A stretch of 64,000 nucleotides of DNA from Candidatus Sumerlaeaceae bacterium. Lineage in GTDB: Bacteria; Sumerlaeota; Sumerlaeia; Sumerlaeales; Sumerlaeaceae. The notes under the pieces are model-generated. The model was not told where the DNA came from. It searched no databases and saw only the letters and a list, made by a program, of their open reading frames with translations. The DNA lies in the NCBI GenBank assembly GCA_051003195.1, contig JBPCLP010000033.1, positions 34,821-98,820 of the forward strand. The letters run 5' to 3'. Position 1 is the first letter of the stretch. Each line of letters opens with the position of its first letter. Below, piece by piece: positions 56,432 to 64,000 of the stretch. Position numbers and translations under genes: made by a program.

Positions 56432-58960
56432 TCAGGTATTTTGCTGGTTTCGCGGACCGTTGCGACGCTGAGAAGTGGGACGCTGCGCGGGACCCGCCGC
56501 CTCAACTTCTTGTGAGGCGATTCTTGCACGTTCCTCCGCTTCAATTACGTCCAGCGGCTGAAGCATGCGACTGGCGCGCGCGTGTATCTCGGGCTGCAAG
56601 GCGAACTTCAGCACCTGTTCCATGCGCGTCGCGAAATGAAATTTGACCTTCTTCTTAATTTCGTCTGGCAGCTGGTCAGCATCGTCGCGATTGCGCTCCG
56701 GCAGAATGATCTCACGAATTCCTGCACGCGCAGCCGCTAAAACCTTTTCCTTAATGCCTCCAACAGCCAGCACATTGCCCTTCAGTGTAATCTCGCCGGT
56801 CATCGCGAGGTAGTCCCTGATGGCGCGCCCGGTTAGCAGCGAGGCAATTGCCGTGCAGATAGCTGTCCCTGCGGATGGTCCATCTTTCGGAATTGCGCCC
56901 GCAGGCACGTGGACATGGATGTCGCGCTTGAAGAAGAGTTCCTCAGGTATATGCAGCTGCTCTGCCACCGTATGCACATACGTGAGAGCCGCTTGAGCAC
57001 TCTCGCGCATGACGTCTCCCAATTGACCGGTCAGCACGAACTTGCCTGTACCCGCCGTGACAGTTGCCTCGATGAACAGGATTTCGCCTCCCACTGGCGT
57101 CCACGCCATGCCGACTGCCACACCGGGAGATCCGGCGCGTTCGGCCACTTCCCCCCGGTACTTTGGCGGTCCAATCAAGCCAGACAACATCGAGGGTTTT
57201 ACCTGCACCTTTTGCGTCTTTCCCTCTACAATACGGCGCGCAACTTTTCGGCACACATTGCCGATCTGCCGCTCCAGGTTCCGCAGCCCGGCTTCGCGCG
57301 TGTAGTCCTCAATGAGCCGAGTGATTGATGCGTCCGTGAACATGATATTCTTGGGGGTCAGGCCATTCTCCGCCATCTGCTTCGGAATCGTGTACTTCTT
57401 GGCGATTTGCAGTTTTTCGCGCAACGTGTAACCGTTCACCTCGATGATTTCCATGCGGTCGCGCAATGGGCCCGGAATCGGATCGAGCTGATTTGCCGTC
57501 GTGATGAACATCACCTTCGACAAATCGAATGGCATGTCCAGGTAGTGATCGCTAAACGTGTAGTTTTGCTCCGGATCGAGCACCTCGAGCAGAGCGCTCG
57601 AAGGATCTCCTCGGTAATCGGAACCAAGTTTATCGATTTCATCAAGCAGTATAACCGGGTTACATGCGCCGACCTGGCGCAGGCTCTTAACGATACGACC
57701 GGGCATCGCACCGATGTACGTACGGCGGTGCCCCCGGATCTCCGCTTCATCTCGCATGCCGCCGAGCGAGATTCGCACAAACTTACGTCCCATTGCTTCC
57801 CCTATGGAACGGCCAAGGCTTGTCTTTCCTACGCCCGGCGGACCGACGAAACACAAGATGGGTCCCTTCATATCCTTCTTCAGTTTGCGCACGCTGAGGT
57901 ACTCGAGTATGCGGTCCTTTACCTTCTCGAGGTCGTAATGGTCACGATCGAGAATGCGTCGCGCCTTCGGCACATTGATTGTATCTTTAGTGCTGTCCAT
58001 CCACGGCAGGTCGAGAATAATGTCCAGGTAGGTACGGCTCACGGTATATTCCGCGCTTGCGGGCTGCATGTTGCGCAGCCTGTTCAGCTCCTTGTTCGCG
58101 ACTTCGCGCACGTGATCGGGAAGTGCTTTTTTGTCGATGCGCTCCTTCAGCTCGTCGAGTTCGCCCGCACCACCTTCTTCCTCGCCAAGCTCTTTACGGA
58201 TCGCTTTGAGCTGTTCGCGTAACAGGTACTCGCGCTGGTTTTTATCGAGTTCGTTTTTGACGCGATTCTGGATCTTGCTGCCGATTTCCAGCACTTCGAT
58301 CTCGCGGCTAAGGATGTAATGCACTTTCTTCAGCCGCTCTTTGACCTCCGCAGTTTCCAGCACCTGCTGCTGTTCCTCAACTTTGAGCGAGAGATTCGAG
58401 GCTACAAGATCAGCAAGTTTTCCCGCATCGTTGAGGTTCACCGCCGCAACGCGCAAATCCTCTGGTAGACTGGACAACTCGATCGCTTTTCCCAGCAGTC
58501 CATGAAGGCTCTTAACCAGCGCATCCATTTCCGATGTCTGCTTTGCCTGTACATCCGGAAGAGCCGCGACCCGCGCACGTAAATAAGGTTCGTCACTCAG
58601 CGGCTCCAGGATACGTACCCGCTGCACTCCATGTAGAAGCAGGCGGATGGTACCATCAGGCATTTTCAGCATCTTCAAAATCGTTGCCGCGGTGCCGACG
58701 GTAAACAGACTGCTGAACTCGGTAAGGTTCTGGGAATCAGGACGTTTGGTGAGTACACCAACCATTCGCTGTCCACCAAGAGCATCGTCCACCAGGCGTT
58801 TGCTCTTATCATCGCCGACAATAATTGGCGCGATCATCGATGGATACAGTATAAAGTGTTCCAGCGGCAGAATCGAAAGAACGTCAGGGATTTCCGTCCC
58901 GTCTGTGTCTTCGTCCGACCTGTTCATCGGTGACAATATGTCCGCCGCAGTATCGCTCAT
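56432..58960 (-). CDS. lon: ATP-dependent protease La
   Basis: LON N-domain; GPPGVGKTS Walker [24 protein letters not shown] (catalytic Ser); GGIKEK (catalytic Lys). Confidence 0.98.
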   Translation of the reverse strand: MSDTAADILSPMNRSDEDTDGTEIPDVLSILPLEHFILYPSMIAPIIVGDDKSKRLVDDALGGQRMVGVLTKRPDSQNLTEFSSLFTVGTAATILKMLKMPDGTIRLLLHGVQRVRILEPLSDEPYLRARVAALPDVQAKQTSEMDALVKSLHGLLGKAIELSSLPEDLRVAAVNLNDAGKLADLVASNLSLKVEEQQQVLETAEVKERLKKVHYILSREIEVLEIGSKIQNRVKNELDKNQREYLLREQLKAIRKELGEEEGGAGELDELKERIDKKALPDHVREVANKELNRLRNMQPASAEYTVSRTYLDIILDLPWMDSTKDTINVPKARRILDRDHYDLEKVKDRILEYLSVRKLKKDMKGPILCFVGPPGVGKTSLGRSIGEAMGRKFVRISLGGMRDEAEIRGHRRTYIGAMPGRIVKSLRQVGACNPVILLDEIDKLGSDYRGDPSSALLEVLDPEQNYTFSDHYLDMPFDLSKVMFITTANQLDPIPGPLRDRMEIIEVNGYTLREKLQIAKKYTIPKQMAENGLTPKNIMFTDASITRLIEDYTREAGLRNLERQIGNVCRKVARRIVEGKTQKVQVKPSMLSGLIGPPKYRGEVAERAGSPGVAVGMAWTPVGGEILFIEATVTAGTGKFVLTGQLGDVMRESAQAALTYVHTVAEQLHIPEELFFKRDIHVHVPAGAIPKDGPSAGTAICTAIASLLTGRAIRDYLAMTGEITLKGNVLAVGGIKEKVLAAARAGIREIILPERNRDDADQLPDEIKKKVKFHFATRMEQVLKFALQPEIHARASRMLQPLDVIEAEERARIASQEVEAAGPAQRPTSQRRNGPRNQQNT

Positions 58961-59020
58961 TAACCCCCGCCGTTAGCCAACCTGGAATCGAATTGCCGGA
59001 TGCAAGTGCCGCGCCCGGCG

Positions 59021-59473
59021 CTACTCAATCCCAATCCGGTATTCGCGCACCTTAATATCTTTCGGAATCGTAACCAGCAGAAAACCGTCTTTCAGCCTCG
59101 CTGTCACATCTTTGACTTCCATGGGCCGTGGCAGGCCGAACACCCTTTCGAAGGTCCCGTAATGGATCTCCATCAGGTGAAAGTTCTCTTTTTTGGTGTG
59201 TTGCTCGTCGGTACGGCGCCCGCGAATGACAAGCAGATTGTCCGTAACCTTGACCTCAAGGTCCTCGTCTCGAACACCGGCTATCTCCATTTTTATGTGG
59301 ATGGCATTGGCCGTTTCAAACACGTCGGTCGGGGGGTTCCAAACCCGTTCAGCGGGGCAGAATTGCGGCAGGTTGCCATGGAAAAAATTGTCGATGATAC
59401 GCCGGAACTGGTAGTCCGTATTGTCCTCTCGTGCGGCTGTGCTGCATGGCTCAGGAGGCGTTTGTAGGTACAT
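59021..59473 (-). CDS. Hsp20/alpha-crystallin small heat-shock protein
   Basis: WNPPTDVFET, EIAGV, IRGRR, EIHYGTFER.F.LP and LKDGFL.VTIPK motifs; directly upstream of lon. Confidence 0.93.
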   Translation of the reverse strand: MYLQTPPEPCSTAAREDNTDYQFRRIIDNFFHGNLPQFCPAERVWNPPTDVFETANAIHIKMEIAGVRDEDLEVKVTDNLLVIRGRRTDEQHTKKENFHLMEIHYGTFERVFGLPRPMEVKDVTARLKDGFLLVTIPKDIKVREYRIGIE

Positions 59474-59575
59474 TTATTTCTCCTACGCGTGTCACATCAA
59501 GCGGTCAGGTCCTAAGTACGTCTGTTAAGCGCGATATTATTCAGGTGTTTTAACGCTACATTAGCACTAACCCAG

Positions 59576-59660
59576 TGTGCCGAATCAGAAGTTCCTATCC
59601 AGTTTGAGCGCGGAAGATGACCCCAGTTCGGCACACGGAACCGAATACGGGTAGCCCACA
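59576..59660 (+). mobile_element. family 1 miniature element, copy G (short deletion in the tail)
   Basis: CCAG|TGTGCCGAATC...TTCGGCACAC...CACA; loop nearly identical to copies C1 and C2. Confidence 0.72.
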
Positions 59661-59682
59661 CCGCGCTGCGCCCGGCATCCGT

Positions 59683-62208
59683 TTACTGTGCCGCGGCCGA
59701 CACGGCCGGTTCCTGCTCGGGCAACTCCTCGGCGTAGCGGCACTTTGGACAGCCAAGTATCCGCTTCTTTCCTTCGCGCAAGAGCATGTAATAGTTGCCG
59801 CACCTGGGGCAGTTCTGCGGCATCGGGCGGTTCCATTCCACGTGCTTGCATTCCGGGTAGCGGGAGCATGAGAAGAACATCTTGCCTTTTTTGCTCATGC
59901 GCTCGACCAGGTCGCCGTCCTTGCAGAGGGGACACTTTACACCCGTCTTGAAGGACTTTACGCTCTTGCACTCCGGATAACCGGGACAAGCGAGAAATCT
60001 CCCGTGACGCCCGTTTTTCACGATCATGCGACGGCCACAGTTCTCACAGAGTTCATCGCTCTGTACGACCTCCACAGCCTCGACAGTTCCACCTTCCGTG
60101 GTCGTGTACTCGTGCGTATTTTTGCATTCGGGGTAACGCGGGCAGGCAAGGAAACGTCCGTTGCGACCAAATTTGATCACCATGTTCGCCTCGCCGCACT
60201 TGTCGCACTTGATCTCCGTCGGCGTGGACTCACGATTGATCGCGCGCATATTGGTGGCCGCGGAATCGAGCCTCTTGCTGAAGCCGTCATAGAACTCACC
60301 AAGCAGGTTCTTCCACTTTACAGAGCCATCCTCGACTCTATCGAGTCGCTCTTCCATGCCTTTGGTAAAGTCGACGTCCATAACCTCGGGGAAGTTTTCC
60401 ACCAGAAGGTCCGTCACGACGTACCCCAGCTCGCTCGGGCGGAACTTTTTGCCGTCGTCCTTCTGTACATACTTTTCCGCAATGGTCGACACGATGCTCG
60501 CGTACGTGGACGGCCGCCCGATACCGCGCTTTTCAAGCTCCTTCACCAGCGAGGCCTCGCTGTAACGGGGCGGCGGCTGAGTGAAATGCTGATCGCCATG
60601 AATCGCCTGCACGTTCAGTGTATCTCCGACCTCCATGGCAGGAAGTTTGGCGTTCGCATCGTCAGTAGCTTTGTCGTCCTGTCCTTCTTCGTAAACGGCA
60701 AGAAATCCCGCAAACTTCTGAACCTGGCCGGTCGCAGTGAACAGATAGCCTGAGCGCGGCGCACTCTCAACCCGCGTTTGCTCGAAGATAGCGTCCTCCA
60801 TCTGCGAAGCAACAAACCGGTTCCATATCAGCGTGTATAATTTTAGTTGCTCCGCATCGAGGGATTTCTCCACTACCTCAGGTGTGAGCGCCATGTCGGT
60901 CGGGCGAACGCATTCATGCGCATCCTGCGCGCCTTGATTCACGCGCGCGTTCCTCGGCGCGTCCGGAAGGTAGCGGTCCCCATACGTTCGCTGGATGTAT
61001 TCGCGCACCGCTGTCATTGCCTCATTCCCAATGCGGGTCGAGTCGGTACGCATGTAAGTGATCAGCGCCGTCTGGCCCATGCCTGCCAGTTCCACACCTT
61101 CGTAGAGTTTTTGGGCGATGCTCATGGTGCGCTTCGCGCCCATGTACAGCTTGCGACTGGCTTCCTGCTGCAGAGTGCTGGTGATAAAAGGTACGGCAGG
61201 CTTCCGGCGGACATCCTTGCTCTCGATACTCGAGACGGTCCATTGGTAATCCAGGCGACCGGTCAGGGCTTTGCGTTCAGGGCCGGACTTACTGACTCCT
61301 TCCTCGCCAAGCACCCGCTCTGCGAGTCCCGCTGCACCAAGATCGCGCAGAATGGTTTCCACATCCGAGCGGTTGGAGAGAACCGGTTTGCTACCCTCAA
61401 CCTGCGCCAGCTTCATCGTGAACGGTGGCGGGCTCTTCGCCGCAACGTCCGCTTCAATGCTCCAGTACTCTTCCGGTACGAACGCATCAATATCGCGCTC
61501 GCGTTCCACCACCAGCCGCACAGCTACGCTCTGAACGCGGCCTGCGCTGAGGCCGAACATTACTTTCTTCCACAGTAGCGGCGAGAGCTTGTAACCTACC
61601 AGGCGGTCGAGAATCCGGCGCGCCTGCTGCGCTTCATATAGTTGCTCGTTCAGCTCGCTGGGATTCGCGATTGCTTCCTGCACGGCACGCTTGGTGATCT
61701 CGTTGAAGGTAGCACGGTACATCGGTACTCGCACGCCGTGTGTTTTTAACTCATCTGCAATATGCCAGGCAATGGCTTCGCCTTCGCGATCCGGATCGGG
61801 CGCCAGGAAGATTCTCTCGACACCCTCGGCGCTTTTACGGATGCGATCGATCACCTTCTGCTTGCTGTCCATCACAACATACTGCGGCTCAAAATTGTTA
61901 TCGATGTCGACGCCCAGCTTGCTCTTGGGCAAATCTTTCACGTGGCCGATGGATGCCTCAATCTTGAAATCGGCTCCGAGGTATTTCTTCAAGGTTTTGG
62001 CTTTTGCGGGGCTCTCGACAATAACGAGTGAGCGACCAGCACCGCCGCTGCTGGCGCCATCCGATTCGACTGGTTTTTTTCGCGCCGAAATCTTACGCGG
62101 ACTTGTGGTTGCGCCGGCTGCTTTGGCTGTCGTCTTTCGCGCCGCTCGCTTGGGAGCGGCGCCGTCAGCGGCAGTTTCTTCTTTCGTCTTTGTCTTACGA
62201 AGCGGCAA
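59683..62208 (-). CDS. topA: DNA topoisomerase I with C-terminal zinc ribbons
   Basis: LVIVESPAKAKT, APDPDREGEAI, SAGRVQS, LITYMRTDS, AQDAHE and GIGRPSTY motifs; four Cys4 ribbons; TTG start with SD GAGG. Confidence 0.98.
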   Translation of the reverse strand: MPLRKTKTKEETAADGAAPKRAARKTTAKAAGATTSPRKISARKKPVESDGASSGGAGRSLVIVESPAKAKTLKKYLGADFKIEASIGHVKDLPKSKLGVDIDNNFEPQYVVMDSKQKVIDRIRKSAEGVERIFLAPDPDREGEAIAWHIADELKTHGVRVPMYRATFNEITKRAVQEAIANPSELNEQLYEAQQARRILDRLVGYKLSPLLWKKVMFGLSAGRVQSVAVRLVVERERDIDAFVPEEYWSIEADVAAKSPPPFTMKLAQVEGSKPVLSNRSDVETILRDLGAAGLAERVLGEEGVSKSGPERKALTGRLDYQWTVSSIESKDVRRKPAVPFITSTLQQEASRKLYMGAKRTMSIAQKLYEGVELAGMGQTALITYMRTDSTRIGNEAMTAVREYIQRTYGDRYLPDAPRNARVNQGAQDAHECVRPTDMALTPEVVEKSLDAEQLKLYTLIWNRFVASQMEDAIFEQTRVESAPRSGYLFTATGQVQKFAGFLAVYEEGQDDKATDDANAKLPAMEVGDTLNVQAIHGDQHFTQPPPRYSEASLVKELEKRGIGRPSTYASIVSTIAEKYVQKDDGKKFRPSELGYVVTDLLVENFPEVMDVDFTKGMEERLDRVEDGSVKWKNLLGEFYDGFSKRLDSAATNMRAINRESTPTEIKCDKCGEANMVIKFGRNGRFLACPRYPECKNTHEYTTTEGGTVEAVEVVQSDELCENCGRRMIVKNGRHGRFLACPGYPECKSVKSFKTGVKCPLCKDGDLVERMSKKGKMFFSCSRYPECKHVEWNRPMPQNCPRCGNYYMLLREGKKRILGCPKCRYAEELPEQEPAVSAAAQ

Positions 62209-62496
62209 GTTTTCCTCGGATCTTCGTCAATTGGCTAACAGATGCTATACAGCTTTTCTGTGGGGAAGCCGCAAGTGGGAAGTACCCCCTCAGCAGAATC
62301 CGCATATCTTCCCGCCTGCAACGCCTTTATTCAGAACCGGTGGCAAGATTAAAGTATACGCGGGAACTTCCGAGGCGAACTAACTTCGTAGCACCAGGAC
62401 GCTGTTACCGCTCCCGCATTCATGCTTAAGTTACGTGCTCTCTCAACGCTCCCGATTGCTGCCGTTCTGAAACAAGGATTAGTGATGTGCCGCGCT

Positions 62497-63372
62497 CTAG
62501 TTGTTGAGCCTGGTTCTGAAAAACTCCAGAACAGCTTCCTTTTCCTGGCGGGCAAAATCGGAAGACGGAGGCCAGTAATGGTCTGCTCCCTCCATTAGTA
62601 CCAGCATGCTGTCAGCTCCCACTGCAACCAGGGCGGCATCAAAGCTCGTGCCCTGAGACAGCGGTACCAGTGTATCAGCGGTACCATAGAGATTTAGAAA
62701 GGCCGGGGCATAGGGCCCAACCTGGTACAAAGGGGATGCCTGTCGATATTGTTTCGATTTGGTTGCTGGCGAGCCTCCAAGGAAAGGCACAAGATAGAGT
62801 TGGCTGGGCTCGAACTCCCACCATCCCGGTAAATCCGTTGGACCAAGCAGGTTCGCCACCGCTCGAACGGAGGCTTTGCCTGATTTTCCGGCCAGTGATT
62901 TTGCATCCAGCAAACCTGCGAGCGAAGCGAGCTGTGCTCCAGCGGATTCGCCCAGGATTCCAATTCGCTGCGGATCGCCTCCATAATCTTGTGCGTGCTG
63001 GCGCACCCACTTAAGGGCGGCCTGGCAATCGCGCACCGGCTTCGGGTACGGGAAATCGGGCGCAAGGCGGTAATTGGCGCCAATTGCCAGAATACCAATA
63101 TCTGCGAGGGCGAGGCCGAAGTGTTCCTGCGAACTCTTATCACCCTGAATCCAGCCGCCGGAGTGAATCATCAGTACGACGGGGCACGGTGCCGTGGTGT
63201 TTTCGGGTCGGAAAATATCAAGCCGGAGTTCCTGTTTGCTGGCCTTACGATACACGAGATCGCGAAGGACTTCTGTGGCGCTCGCGCCGGAGCACGCCAG
63301 TAACAGCATTGCGCCAATGGCCAGCCGGGCAATTCCAGCGCCTGCGGGACAATAATACTTACGGTTCGTCAC
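62497..63372 (-). CDS. secreted alpha/beta hydrolase (HSL-like esterase); start uncertain
   Basis: LDIFRP, IHSGGW, NYRLAP, GESAG (nucleophile), GTADTLV and GADH motifs; signal-peptide-like N-terminus from the GTG at 63372. Confidence 0.88.
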   Translation of the reverse strand: MTNRKYYCPAGAGIARLAIGAMLLLACSGASATEVLRDLVYRKASKQELRLDIFRPENTTAPCPVVLMIHSGGWIQGDKSSQEHFGLALADIGILAIGANYRLAPDFPYPKPVRDCQAALKWVRQHAQDYGGDPQRIGILGESAGAQLASLAGLLDAKSLAGKSGKASVRAVANLLGPTDLPGWWEFEPSQLYLVPFLGGSPATKSKQYRQASPLYQVGPYAPAFLNLYGTADTLVPLSQGTSFDAALVAVGADSMLVLMEGADHYWPPSSDFARQEKEAVLEFFRTRLNN

Positions 63373-63756
63373 GCTCGTATATACCTGTCGGCACACAATG
63401 CGTTCGGCATTTTCCCACGGCAACTGCTGTGCGGTCTTTGCGAAAGGGCCTGTAGATTTTTCTTCCGTATTGGTGAATGCGCCGCGCGCACAATGCTATG
63501 TGTCGGGGCGTCGCGGCGGTCCATCCACAGGGCCGACCGGCGCACGAAAAAATTTCCGCAAGTTTTCAGAAGTTTTTCGAATAGTGAAGTGGGTCGAAAG
63601 TAGTTAAATCCGACGCCTGAAAAGGCGGTTTGGCAGTCGACAAAAACCCCTCGCAAGTCAGTGCGGGATGCGAGCGCCCCCGAGGGGCAGCTCCACTGGG
63701 ATGTCAGATCTGCAAGCGATGCGAGCAGCAGTTCGCCTCTCGCAAATAAACAGTTT

Positions 63757-64000
63757 GGCAGACAGCGGATCGTCTGTCGGCAGCACCCGTTCTTTGACAA
63801 TTGGAAACATTGTGTGTGTAGAATTTCTCGATGAGAGCGATTGAGGGAGGCTTGTTGTTCGGGGTCTGCCTTGAGTTGCTCGATAAGCGAGGAGTTCGTT
63901 GTGATGTAAAAAGCTGATTAGCGTAAGGATCTGACTGATCAAGACGCCTTGGGTTATTTTGAGTTAAAGTAATCGTTAAGAAGGGTGGCTTTGACGGGGG
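63757..64000 (+). promoter_or_regulatory. probable rRNA operon leader (boxB-boxA-boxC antitermination); the 16S gene would lie beyond the window
   Basis: Hairpin GGCAGAC/GTCTGTC at 63757-63778, boxA-like GTTCTTTGACAA at 63789-63800 and boxC-like TGTGTGTG at 63811-63818, in order, within about 600 bp of non-coding sequence. Confidence 0.6.

Overview
A bacterial chromosomal window of moderately high GC from a diderm. Signal peptides, lipoproteins, an ExbBD-like pair and futalosine-pathway MqnE support this; the lineage cannot be fixed from sequence alone. It is mostly housekeeping and metabolic genes with little operon conservation: pspA-like, GT2-methyltransferase fusion, trpA, rlpA, icd, secG, ychF, yqeY, aldehyde dehydrogenase, lrp plus aminotransferase, lepB, GH57, alkaline phosphatase, znuA-like, mqnE, dnaB, two large glycoside hydrolases, hsp20-lon and topA. 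It ends in what looks like an rRNA operon leader (boxB/boxA/boxC). I saw no CRISPR array, tRNA, prophage or transposase. Most notable observations: (1) a 56-codon gene missing from the ORF track (33554-33724, minus) that looks like an orphan RiPP precursor with a YxxPxI leader and a two-Cys core; (2) a co-oriented locus of secG, a DUF2997-like protein, a catalytically dead signal-peptidase homolog and a 1619-aa receptor-type propeller/TPR/Ser-Thr kinase; (3) eight copies of a ~90-bp TGTG...CACA miniature element with a covarying hairpin and CTAG-like flanks, four of which abut a host stop codon; (4) an ExbB/ExbD-like pair lacking all canonical proton-channel residues; (5) a secreted protein with about 30 tandem 33-aa Cys/Asp repeats next to a membrane-anchored single-Cys thioredoxin-fold gene. 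A second small gene missing from the ORF track (DUF1328/YtjA-like, 6059-6226) sits behind a good sigma54 promoter. All family calls come from motif recognition by eye, not from database searches.
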